Position numbers and translations under genes: made by a program. The notes beneath the pieces are model-generated. The model was not told where the DNA came from, did no database searches, and was given only the letters and a program-made list of their open reading frames with translations. Positions 29,734-38,892 of a stretch of 64,000 bases of DNA are shown here, one piece after another. Each line of letters opens with the position of its first letter. The stretch's first letter is position 1. Source of the stretch: Dehalococcoidia bacterium. Lineage in GTDB: Bacteria; Chloroflexota; Dehalococcoidia; Plut-88900. The DNA lies in assembly GCA_965197645.1 (NCBI GenBank), contig OZ240219.1, forward strand, positions 3,147,321 to 3,211,320, in the 5' to 3' direction.

Positions 29734-31365
29734 TCAAGGTGAAGATTCTTGTGATCCAATTGACACGCACTCAGGCTGAGGGGACTCAGGGTCAGGAGAA
29801 TCAGGGTCTGAGGAATCATCGTCGATGGGTATAGCCAGCGTGATGTCCACGTTGTTGTCCTTGTCGATGATGACCTGTTCCACGAGCATCTGGAGATAAT
29901 CGTGACGTTCCTCGGAGGTCAACTCGTCCAGGCCCTGGCCGAACTCTCTCGCCCAGGCTAGGACCTCCTCCATCAGTCGCCGCTTCTCAGTTCCACTCGC
30001 CTCCTGAGCACGGTAATCGTCCAGCTTCGCCCTGGCGCTCTCAAGCCGCTCGGTGATGAACCTGCGCTGGAGGTCGAGTTGGGCCTCGGTGATCTTCCCC
30101 GACACGAACAGCCTGATGGCGCGGTCCTCTTCCATCTGGATGCTTCGCAGGTCTCGCTCGGCCTGGGCGATCTCCTCCTCCATTCCGCCGCCCTCCTGAG
30201 AATCGAGGGTGGCGATACCGGCGACGATCAGGTCGGGGTTCTGGAGTACCCGCTTCACCTCGCTCCATATCGGCTCCTCCAACTGCTCCGCCCGGATGTA
30301 GGGCTTCTCCCGGCAGCGCAGGCGCATACCCTGCATCCCGTTGCACATGTAGTAGCGGCGGGGGGTGGTCAGGTCGTAGGTGTAAGCCTTGCCCTTGCGA
30401 ACGCTGGTGGTTGTCCAGGAGGACCTCGTATGGAAGTTGCGGCCGCACTCGCCGCATTTCAGCAGATGCTGCAACTGGTAGAGCACCTTAGTGTTCCTCC
30501 TGGCCTTCGTGCTCCGCTGCTTCTTCAGCTTCTGCGCCCGTTCCCAGGTCTTATCGTCGATCACCTGCGGGACCGGAATCTCAATCCAGGTGTCCTTGGG
30601 CTGGTCGTATACCTTCATGCCGTCCTCAGTGGCGACGTGGCGGTACTTGCCGTAGACCCAGGAGCCCGTGTAGGTGGCATTCCCCAGAATGTGGTGCACG
30701 CGGGACTGAAGCCACGTCAGCTTGCCGGTCTGTGTGGGAACCTCCTCGTCGGTCAGCCGCACGGCAATGGAGTAGGCCCTCATTCCCTCATGGACGTACA
30801 TGTGGAAGATGCGGCGGACGACCTCCGCCTGCTCCTCAACCACCTCGGGCCTGCCGCCTTCCCCGATACGGTAACCGTAGGGGAGGCCGCCGGTGGGCAC
30901 CCGTCCCTGCTTGGCAGTCCCCCGCTTGCCCATAGTGGACCGCTCCCGGAAGTTGTCCAGTTCAATCTTGCCGATGGCCGCCATGAGTCCGAAGGTCTTC
31001 ATGTCGATGGCGTCCAAGACGGCTTCGAGCCGAATCTGATGGGCCTCGACGACCTCCATGAGTGCGGCGGCGGGGTACATGCCCCTGCTGAGGCGGTCGG
31101 ACTTCCAGCACACGATGGTGTCGAAGCGTCCCTGCCTGGCGTCGGCCAGCATTCTTTGGAACTCGGGGCGCTTCTTCGACCAGCCCCTGCCGACCTCCTG
31201 GTAGCGCGCGGCGATGGTCAGCCCCTTGCTCTCGCAGTAGGCTTCCATGTCGCCTGTCTGCTCGGCGATGGAAGTCTTGTCCTCCCCATCCTGGCTCTTG
31301 TCTGAGACGCGGGCGTAGATGGCCGCCCGGTTCGCCTCCGTCCTCCTCTTGGTGGTTCTCGCCAT
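29734..31365 (-). CDS. Large serine recombinase (integrase)
   Basis: AAIYARVS catalytic Ser, DRLSR, LPYGY recombinase domain, CGECG...YYMC Zn ribbon, coiled coil; GGAGGAG RBS. Confidence 0.95.
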   Translation of the reverse strand: MARTTKRRTEANRAAIYARVSDKSQDGEDKTSIAEQTGDMEAYCESKGLTIAARYQEVGRGWSKKRPEFQRMLADARQGRFDTIVCWKSDRLSRGMYPAAALMEVVEAHQIRLEAVLDAIDMKTFGLMAAIGKIELDNFRERSTMGKRGTAKQGRVPTGGLPYGYRIGEGGRPEVVEEQAEVVRRIFHMYVHEGMRAYSIAVRLTDEEVPTQTGKLTWLQSRVHHILGNATYTGSWVYGKYRHVATEDGMKVYDQPKDTWIEIPVPQVIDDKTWERAQKLKKQRSTKARRNTKVLYQLQHLLKCGECGRNFHTRSSWTTTSVRKGKAYTYDLTTPRRYYMCNGMQGMRLRCREKPYIRAEQLEEPIWSEVKRVLQNPDLIVAGIATLDSQEGGGMEEEIAQAERDLRSIQMEEDRAIRLFVSGKITEAQLDLQRRFITERLESARAKLDDYRAQEASGTEKRRLMEEVLAWAREFGQGLDELTSEERHDYLQMLVEQVIIDKDNNVDITLAIPIDDDSSDPDSPDPESPQPECVSIGSQESSP

Positions 31366-31390
31366 GACTCCTCCTCTCTCGAATCCTCTG

Positions 31391-31426
31391 AAAGCAAAAA
31401 GGCCCGCCTCCTGTCGGGAGCGGGTC
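31391..31426 (-). terminator. Intrinsic terminator just upstream of the integrase start
   Basis: Minus strand GACCCGCTCC-CGACA-GGAGGCGGGCC followed by TTTTTGCTTT. Confidence 0.75.
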
Positions 31427-31519
31427 TGCGAGTAGTACAATCTATTCGCATCACCTGTTACCGCAGGTGGCGCCACGACCCGGGGTGTTAGCGCACCGCC
31501 GGGTCAACTTCTGCTTCGC

Positions 31520-31549
31520 ATTATACCCTCCAGGCCAAAGTCCGGTCAA
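31520..31549 (-). promoter_or_regulatory. Sigma70 promoter facing the integrase
   Basis: Minus strand TTGACC-18 bp-TATAAT. Confidence 0.7.
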
Positions 31550-31676
31550 AGCGATGTGCGGTAACAGAGTCAGTGACAGGGGAGGACACATAGGTCTGAA
31601 ATGAACGGAGTCAACAGCCCTCGCTCACATGGCCACTGGCCCACAACAATGTCACAGTCATCGGACAACCTGCCAG

Positions 31677-34600
31677 TTATAGCAAGCCTTCCTCTGCGGC
31701 TTTGGCCAACCAATAGTCTGCGTGCTCTCTAGTGAAAAACAATGACACTGGGGTCTGACGCTGAGGAGGTCGGATAGTGACGACCTTGCCTTGAATAGAA
31801 TTGGACACGCCATTGTCTGAGTTGAACATCAGCCTGCGGTTGCTCGCCTGGCCCAAGACTCTAGTGACCTCAGTCCGAGTAACGGCATCGCCAAGTGCGC
31901 CATGGTGGTAATGACATAGCAGGAGGATATTACCTGCATGGCGTGCTCCACCAGCGTTAACGTGATCGCAATGTTGCGCTTCCATAATCCGGCGTCGGTT
32001 TTCGGAGTCCTCTACATAGCTCGATAGCGGTGCCAGCGTTTTGGGTTCGGCCCAGGCAAGACAGGCTTGGCAATGCCACGCATATTGCTTCTCTTTGAGG
32101 TCGGCTATTTGAGCATTCTCATCTGCCGACTGGGGCCGACTACTCTCTCTTCTAGGCTTGCTGACATTTCTGATGACTCCATCACCTTGAGGAATGGGAC
32201 CGGGGTTAGGAATGTTTTTCGACGGGTCAGGCTTAGGCACTGAATGAATAGCTGATGTCGCCGAAGGACTTGAATCCAAACTATGTTGACTAGTGGTATC
32301 GTCAATCTCGCCATCCTCTTGAGGTTGTACCCCGTCTAAATGCTCCAGAGGATAGCGCTCTCTCATCTCCATCTTGTACGCCTGATCAAGCACGGAGCCA
32401 TAGTACTTCTTGGGCAGTTCGAAGACGTGTTCAGCGACTACGTCGAAGAAGACCCCCCGTAGGTCGGTATCTGATCTGATCCAGAGCGTACCGGACTCTT
32501 TGTCGAGCTTCCCATATACTGGTACGGAGAACCTGTACCGCCCTAGCTTATAGATAGCAGTGACAGAATCCGCAGTCCTTATGCCTTGAACACTTGCTAG
32601 GCGTTCACGCCAGTTGCTCCTGAGCGCGCTCTCGGAAGTGTCAAGGTCAAGTTTGGCAAGCCGCTTTTGTAGCTGCCTTCCCTTCAGACCAGATTGGAGA
32701 GAATCAAGAATCCCCTTAAAATCGAAGTTTGAAGGGAGTAGGTTTTGTCTCCCCGTGCCAACTGCCCCTACTGGGTCCCCCACATAGTCGCTCAGAGTGC
32801 GCAGTCCGAGCTCTCGTAGGTGGGCAGTGACCGGCTCCCTTACTCGGCGACTCTCTACGATCGCCATCTCCACGGGGCGCCTCGTTGGATGCCGTCTTAT
32901 CGCCTCTTCAAGCTCTTCGAAGTCAGGGATTACAACCTTGCTCCTTGTCTTGGTAGCATCCGACTTCGTCACAAGCCGTACTCTGGCTCCGTCGGACTCG
33001 ATCATAATGAACGGAACCTGAGGAAACTCATCGCTCCATGCACGTGGTCCAGATTGATGATTGATATGACGTAGGATTTGATCAGCATGCCTAGCGACGA
33101 CGTCAGTATCCTGAGATGCTAGCCACTGGAAGAATCTTCTAGAACTATTGAAGTTGGGTGTCCCACCAACGACACCAACAAGTCCGTACAGCCTTTGCGT
33201 TTCAGCATTGATGTCAGTCACTGGCACACGTATCTTCCAGTCGCCCCAGAAATCGCGACTTCCTCGCAACGCAATTTCATTTGGAGAGCGCAGTTTCCCT
33301 TCTACCGGAATGCAGGGGACATCAATCAATCCGACGGGTTCTATGCTTTCGCGTTTGGATTGCCTCACGTACTCTTGAAGCCTCGGTACATGTGCATCAA
33401 AGCGGGCACCATCCCCTTGAAGGGTGTCAACGATCTGATCCGCAGAGGGAGCAGTCCGCGGTTTCCAGCCATCGATTCGATCCAAAATGCTAATGGGCCG
33501 GTCAATGACGTGCTCATCTAGCAAATTAAGACGCTGCAACCCCCCTGCATCTCTTACCAATTCACCAGGATCTCTCAGGCTTCCGCCTTTATCTAAGGCA
33601 CAGCGGTAATCTTTATCTAGCTCACCGAGGTATTCCTTTAGCCGTGGTGTAGAAGAGGCAAGGACGGCAAGATCTTTCTCAACCTTGTGAAATTCACGTC
33701 GTTCATTAGCGGTCAGTTTCCTATCACGGGCAAATCGGTCAATATGCTCTATCAGGAATTCCTCAAACTCCTGAAATGAAGGCGTATGCCTGAAAGTCAG
33801 GCGGCCCCTGCCAGCCCTGCTTACAAGGCCAACTTTCAGGAGCTCGCGAGAGGGTCGCACTATTGCGTTTCCCATGACTGACGCGACGCGAGGACTGCGA
33901 GGCTCACAAAGACTATCCAATGGCAGTAGGCTACCGTTGGCACTCGGCCACACTGGGAAGTTGGCGGTCCGTATAAGCGTTTGTCGCCGCTTAACGGTTC
34001 TCCAGTTGTCGCGGAGCCAAGTCCAAAACGACTTACGCTCCAAAAGTGAAGCCGTCTCAAGCTGGGCTTTATCGAGGTAGTCCTCTAACCTGAATGGTTT
34101 GGGCTTCCATGCTCTCTTCCTCAGAAGGCGATGGCCTTGCAATTCTGGATGGAGGAGGGGCACATACTCTTGCTGACCGAGATTCGGCGGCAGGTTTACA
34201 GCGCTGAACATCCCTACTAGCGGTCGTGCCCTAGACCTTTCGTCGGGTAGGTAGGTGTTCTGTATGACTTCCGATTCAGATTCCAGTTTATCTCTTTGAA
34301 TAGTCTCGTATAGGACATCCAAGTAGACCTTGGCGACTGATGGGTTACCGAGAGCTGCCTGCCATTCAAACTTGTCCTGCCAAGGAAAGTAATTGGCTTC
34401 CAGTTTAGGCTGTAGTCGTTCGGCAACATCGTTTTCGTCAAAAGTGATCACATCCGTCTTGTTGACCAGACAACTCAAAATAGGGCCAGGAACGGTCCTG
34501 TTGATTTGGTCTTCTTCCCCTGGGCAAATCTCCGAGAGCAGAGGGGCAATTCGCTCTTGATCCCATGTGAACATCGGCAAGACGACTCTACGAAGAGTGC

Positions 34601-35882
34601 CAGCCGATATCTTCCTGGGGCCTAAGGCAATCCGCCTAATGCGCTTTGATACTTTTGACACCCTGTCTGCAAGTGGTAACGCTCGTCTGTCGATTGTGCG
34701 CTCTACAAGGTCATTGAGCGTTTCATCTTCTGCATCACCAGGACTGGCCATGTAGAGCTCCATCGCCCTTCCACCATGACGTTGGAGCAGGTAGCTAGAC
34801 ATGATATCCACAAGCGCGTCTTTGCACGCATCGTCAATATAGGCGTTCAGGGAATTCATATGGCTGGTGCCGTGTCTCCCAGCATCAGAAATGTACGGAC
34901 CTGAGAAGTGGATGCCCACGCCGGTAAGTGAGGCGTCCGAAGTGCCGTCATATCCTATCGGGTACCTCCGAACTCCTTTGGCTGACTTAGGCATGCCTCT
35001 CTTGTCTGTGAGCCACGCTATCTCCGCTAAAAAGGATTTCCTGTCCCTAAAGAAGAAGTCTGGTATCTCTGGCCGCTTTCCCGCAGGGAACGGTAGCCTG
35101 AATACACAGGCCCGTTCGTGGATTACAGTTGAAGGAACGCGGGGTGCCTTCGAGGAAGTGTCACATTCCCTACTGAATACGCCAAACCGTCTCTGGCCTC
35201 TGCCAGTGACGGTCCGTCCTCTCTTGGCTCGCCAATGAATCTCGACGGACCCCAGAGCATGGTGGCTCAGAGAAAGTGTGTACTGATCACGAAGTCCAGG
35301 ACGAACTACGCCCAACAGTCTGTCTGGCAAAAGCTCGCATGCATTCCTGAAGAGTCCTTCTAGGGAACTCTCTTCAGGAATCCCAATTGTCAATTCTTCA
35401 CCCTTCGTAATTACTAGCTCTTGCTTCCGATAAGGAACTTCAATCGAGCACCCGATAGGCGGAGCGCTACCGTCCGGGACCGGCTCCCGAAGTGTTCCTG
35501 GCGATGGCTGCTTGTCATAGCCGTCCTTGTACAGGGTCTGGATCATTCTGAGGCCATCTGATCGCACAATGATTTCATCGCCGAGCCAGAAACACGCCTT
35601 TAGGCCGTGGTTCTTGATTCCTATTTGGAACCGTTTGCTTTCAACCTCGACACCCGCACCCATGACAAAGGATAGTCGTCGCCAGCCGTTCTCAGTCACG
35701 GGTTCACCGTCTCCACGACAGATTAGTCGGTCAGCAGTGAAGGTGATGGACGTACGCGATGCATTGGCGTCCAAATCATTCTGAATAAGCTCAACTATCA
35801 GGTCATCAGAGTGCAAGCCCCTAAGGAACTGCCAAAACTGTGGCTCCGCGTCAAACCTCTGGACGAATTCCGAAACGTACAA
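31677..35882 (-). CDS. 1401-aa protein: N-terminal sacsin-like GHKL ATPase, C-terminal HNH nuclease
   Basis: IVELIQNDLDA, IGIKNHGLKA, IHFSGPY (sacsin/NOV-like); CQAC...EAQHCDH...GNILLLCHYHH. Confidence 0.75.
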   Translation of the reverse strand: MYVSEFVQRFDAEPQFWQFLRGLHSDDLIVELIQNDLDANASRTSITFTADRLICRGDGEPVTENGWRRLSFVMGAGVEVESKRFQIGIKNHGLKACFWLGDEIIVRSDGLRMIQTLYKDGYDKQPSPGTLREPVPDGSAPPIGCSIEVPYRKQELVITKGEELTIGIPEESSLEGLFRNACELLPDRLLGVVRPGLRDQYTLSLSHHALGSVEIHWRAKRGRTVTGRGQRRFGVFSRECDTSSKAPRVPSTVIHERACVFRLPFPAGKRPEIPDFFFRDRKSFLAEIAWLTDKRGMPKSAKGVRRYPIGYDGTSDASLTGVGIHFSGPYISDAGRHGTSHMNSLNAYIDDACKDALVDIMSSYLLQRHGGRAMELYMASPGDAEDETLNDLVERTIDRRALPLADRVSKVSKRIRRIALGPRKISAGTLRRVVLPMFTWDQERIAPLLSEICPGEEDQINRTVPGPILSCLVNKTDVITFDENDVAERLQPKLEANYFPWQDKFEWQAALGNPSVAKVYLDVLYETIQRDKLESESEVIQNTYLPDERSRARPLVGMFSAVNLPPNLGQQEYVPLLHPELQGHRLLRKRAWKPKPFRLEDYLDKAQLETASLLERKSFWTWLRDNWRTVKRRQTLIRTANFPVWPSANGSLLPLDSLCEPRSPRVASVMGNAIVRPSRELLKVGLVSRAGRGRLTFRHTPSFQEFEEFLIEHIDRFARDRKLTANERREFHKVEKDLAVLASSTPRLKEYLGELDKDYRCALDKGGSLRDPGELVRDAGGLQRLNLLDEHVIDRPISILDRIDGWKPRTAPSADQIVDTLQGDGARFDAHVPRLQEYVRQSKRESIEPVGLIDVPCIPVEGKLRSPNEIALRGSRDFWGDWKIRVPVTDINAETQRLYGLVGVVGGTPNFNSSRRFFQWLASQDTDVVARHADQILRHINHQSGPRAWSDEFPQVPFIMIESDGARVRLVTKSDATKTRSKVVIPDFEELEEAIRRHPTRRPVEMAIVESRRVREPVTAHLRELGLRTLSDYVGDPVGAVGTGRQNLLPSNFDFKGILDSLQSGLKGRQLQKRLAKLDLDTSESALRSNWRERLASVQGIRTADSVTAIYKLGRYRFSVPVYGKLDKESGTLWIRSDTDLRGVFFDVVAEHVFELPKKYYGSVLDQAYKMEMRERYPLEHLDGVQPQEDGEIDDTTSQHSLDSSPSATSAIHSVPKPDPSKNIPNPGPIPQGDGVIRNVSKPRRESSRPQSADENAQIADLKEKQYAWHCQACLAWAEPKTLAPLSSYVEDSENRRRIMEAQHCDHVNAGGARHAGNILLLCHYHHGALGDAVTRTEVTRVLGQASNRRLMFNSDNGVSNSIQGKVVTIRPPQRQTPVSLFFTREHADYWLAKAAEEGLL

Positions 35883-35884
35883 TG

Positions 35885-36736
35885 TCAGTTCTCCTCCAAC
35901 TGTCGCTGTCGAAGAAGTTCGATATTGATACTTTTGATAAGTTTCAGCCGGGCCTCAGTAGAAAGGTTAGACACGTGCGCCAATGCCACAGAGTCGAGGT
36001 TTAAGCCTTCCGCAACCGACACGACCCCGTTCTCACAGAGCCGGAACACTCCCCCATCAAATGCCCTATGGCAATATGCACACAGACCAATCCCATTGGC
36101 GGGATTTGCTCGATTCTTCACGTCAGTTGAATACCTGCTGATGTGCGCCACATCTAGCACTTCTCTGAGTGTCGTTCCGCAGATTGCACAGGCAAAGCCT
36201 TGGCGCAGCAGCACTGTCTGCTTGAAGCGCTCTACGCTGTGCCTCCTCTTGACGAATGACCAAGCATCAGGCACAGAGTAGTCTGGAGCGTCCGGCGGTG
36301 CAATCGCTATGCAATGCCGCCGGTATGCCAACTCGATGATACTTGTAAACAAGTCAGGGCTGACTTGTGCTATGGAGCGTGACCAGCCCAACTTGTTCAC
36401 ATCCGTGATCCCCAGTGACGCTCGATTCCTCTTACCCTCAACATTAAATGGGCGAATATCCAGCGAACGAGCGTACTGAACAAAGTCGCCAAGTGTAGCA
36501 GTAAAGACACGACTAACTCTGAATTGGCCTTGTTCTGTGGTTTCGGCGGTTCTAGTTGACACCTGGGTAACAATGCCGTGTCCCGCGAAACCGTAACCAC
36601 CGCCCCGCTTGTCAAGGTACACAAAGGAGTCACCGGGCTTCACCCTAACGGAGTGTCTATTGTCGTAAACATAGGTCTGCCCCGGTTCGTCAGGGTACTG
36701 CTCTTGCTCAGATTGCTTGAAAATCCAGAAGGTCAC
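35885..36736 (-). CDS. PUA/EVE-like domain + HNH endonuclease (putative modification-dependent nuclease)
   Basis: N-terminal FWIFK...VKPGDSFVYL...FAGHGIV; C-terminal CAICG...LDVAHI...NGIGLCAYCHRAFD. Confidence 0.75.
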   Translation of the reverse strand: MTFWIFKQSEQEQYPDEPGQTYVYDNRHSVRVKPGDSFVYLDKRGGGYGFAGHGIVTQVSTRTAETTEQGQFRVSRVFTATLGDFVQYARSLDIRPFNVEGKRNRASLGITDVNKLGWSRSIAQVSPDLFTSIIELAYRRHCIAIAPPDAPDYSVPDAWSFVKRRHSVERFKQTVLLRQGFACAICGTTLREVLDVAHISRYSTDVKNRANPANGIGLCAYCHRAFDGGVFRLCENGVVSVAEGLNLDSVALAHVSNLSTEARLKLIKSINIELLRQRQLEEN

Positions 36737-36746
36737 TGTGAGTCCC

Positions 36747-37682
36747 TCATTTGTTCATGATCCAAGCTATTCTTCCATCAAGCCAATTAATCAACTCAAG
36801 CTTTAAGGGGCCAGGAATCCATACAAGCTCGGGGTCAGCTTGTGCCAGAAGCCTATACCTATCGACCAACAGACCGCCGGCTCGATTGCTTTGGCGACGC
36901 AACTCTCGCTCATCAAGTGCAAAAGGAAGGGAGAAGGCTTTGTTGGGAGGAGCTGCAAAGTCCACGATCTTCGCCCACTCCTTGATGTTCGGCTCGTTAA
37001 CCTTCTCTGCCCAGTTCTTTCCGCTTGCGCATTGGGCAAGGTAAACTGGCGTACCGCCACGGGAATCGGGGAAGCGTAGATGCCACACGAGGTCGACCCC
37101 CGCATCCTTGGCGTTCAAATCGAGGTAGTCATCGGGATTGCCTTTCCGTTCATCGATGGCCACTGTCAGTTCATCGATGACTGAAGCCAACTTGGTGGTG
37201 TTATCCGTGCTCCATCCTGTCTGGAGGAACCTCCAACCACTAAAGCGGGCCTCCATGGCTGCCCTCGTGATGGACTCAAATAGCCTGCCTTGCTCAACAT
37301 AGTTGGGTCCAAATGTGGTATGCCAGTCCTCGTATCTGGACCCGAGCGATACGACCAAGCAGTAGCTATGGGCAGGAATATCTTGCCAATTCACCCTTCT
37401 GGCCATCCACCTGTCTTTGAAGACAATGGGAGCGTGTGATCCCATCCAGGACATGCGTCTCTGGAGAGCCGTCCACGCGGACAACACAAACTCGGATGCG
37501 CTGTCTTGATCCTCAAAGACTTGCTCCTGGACCAGATGGTCGACGACGTCGGTTTGGGAGAGTTCTTCCTCCAAGAACAGGTTGGTTGCCTCCAGCCAGT
37601 CAAGAAACACGGAGTTTTCCAGGTCTGGATCACGAGCAACCTTCAGGAAATCGCTTGGGTGGCTAAGCATTGTCACCGTCAC
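36747..37682 (-). CDS. Restriction-endonuclease-fold protein (PD-QxA variant, Mrr-like)
   Basis: GRLFE...KDAGVDLVW...YLAQCASGKNW pattern; overlaps the ParB-like gene. Confidence 0.6.
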   Translation of the reverse strand: MTVTMLSHPSDFLKVARDPDLENSVFLDWLEATNLFLEEELSQTDVVDHLVQEQVFEDQDSASEFVLSAWTALQRRMSWMGSHAPIVFKDRWMARRVNWQDIPAHSYCLVVSLGSRYEDWHTTFGPNYVEQGRLFESITRAAMEARFSGWRFLQTGWSTDNTTKLASVIDELTVAIDERKGNPDDYLDLNAKDAGVDLVWHLRFPDSRGGTPVYLAQCASGKNWAEKVNEPNIKEWAKIVDFAAPPNKAFSLPFALDERELRRQSNRAGGLLVDRYRLLAQADPELVWIPGPLKLELINWLDGRIAWIMNK

Positions 37683-38790
37683 CCTTCCCTAGTCCGATCT
37701 GCTCAGCAATCGATGGGAACTTGGATACAAGCTCCTTTGCGTTTAGAGCCAGCCGCAGCATAGCCGTCTGAATCGGCTCAGAATGCACGTACAAATGCAC
37801 TTTGCTCAAAGCCAACTCCATTTGAATGCTGGCCTCTTTGAGTTGCGTCTCAATTTCCTCATTCTCGACTCCGGCCTTTTGCAGAGCCACGTCAAAGCTG
37901 GGCACAGGCGAAGACCTGAGATACTCGACAGCCTCAGGATTCGACAGAATCTTGGCAAAGCTGCTAATGTACCTGGAATCAGCGAAGAGCGGCCGCTGCT
38001 TGTCCGTACCAAACAACCACCTCGCAAAGTCTGACAGATTGTGCTCCATTGCATGTGATACTGGGACCTTGGCTTCAATGGGCTCAACTCCTAGGTCAAT
38101 ACCTAGAAAGGATCGAACACCCCCTTCCCGAAGGGAAAGGAAGAGCACACTAAATCTGCTCTCAAGACCCTGCTCAGATACTTCAATGTCGAGAGACTCA
38201 ATCTGTTTCACAACGCGGTAGGCGATATAGTTTCTTCGTACTGTATCGGTCTGCATTCCAATCTGTTTACGGACAGTGTCATAGGACATCTCCATATCAT
38301 CTACCATGCTGGCGATGAACTCTGCCTTTTGTGTTGGGTCCCATTGCTTGATTCCCGTTACGTGCCTAAAGCCAAGGTAAGCTATGACATCTGCGCGCGA
38401 GTCAGCAAGGATGTAGGGTATTTGGATGAATAGCTCACTGCTGGGCGTAACGCCTTCTACCAGCGTGCGCCAAGTCCTCGAAGGATGATTGCCGTCAAAC
38501 GCGCGTTGAAGATACCTCAACGCAGCGATTCGGCGATTGCCCTCCACCACTACTAGTGTGTCAGGCTGGTTATACAGCCCTTCTTTGACGACAATTACAG
38601 CTTCTTGTGGCCAGAATCCGTTCTCCAAGAATGAGACGGCCAACTCTTCCAAGTTCCAACCTCGCATTAGCTCCAGGACGCGCTCCTGAGTAGCCAACGG
38701 TTCAGCAGCACCGAGGCCCAATCGAGGGTTACGGGGGTCAAGTGAGAGTTGCTCTAAGGAAACAAACTCAATTGTGTGAGAAAGAGGCAT
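37663..38790 (-). CDS. ParB/Srx N-terminal domain protein
   Basis: LSLDPRNPRL, SFLENGF, VVVEGNRRIAAL, LGFRHVTGIKQW; GAGGTG RBS before ATG at 38790. Confidence 0.8.
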   Translation of the reverse strand: MPLSHTIEFVSLEQLSLDPRNPRLGLGAAEPLATQERVLELMRGWNLEELAVSFLENGFWPQEAVIVVKEGLYNQPDTLVVVEGNRRIAALRYLQRAFDGNHPSRTWRTLVEGVTPSSELFIQIPYILADSRADVIAYLGFRHVTGIKQWDPTQKAEFIASMVDDMEMSYDTVRKQIGMQTDTVRRNYIAYRVVKQIESLDIEVSEQGLESRFSVLFLSLREGGVRSFLGIDLGVEPIEAKVPVSHAMEHNLSDFARWLFGTDKQRPLFADSRYISSFAKILSNPEAVEYLRSSPVPSFDVALQKAGVENEEIETQLKEASIQMELALSKVHLYVHSEPIQTAMLRLALNAKELVSKFPSIAEQIGLGKGDGDNA

Positions 38791-38892
38791 GATCTGCACC
38801 TCGCTTATGGGTGTTCAATTGCTTCTGTGACATGGTTGCAGTCCGTCCCGGATTTGGGCGACCAGCTTGAACTATGTTAGTTGCATGCCACA

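Noticed and set aside
2158-31418. Recurring CCCGACAGGAG at ~2160 (+), ~14087 (+) and ~31410 (-), all in 5' regions
   Set aside because: Structural context differs (loop versus terminator stem) and it contains an SD-like GGAG; three hits are not enough to call a motif
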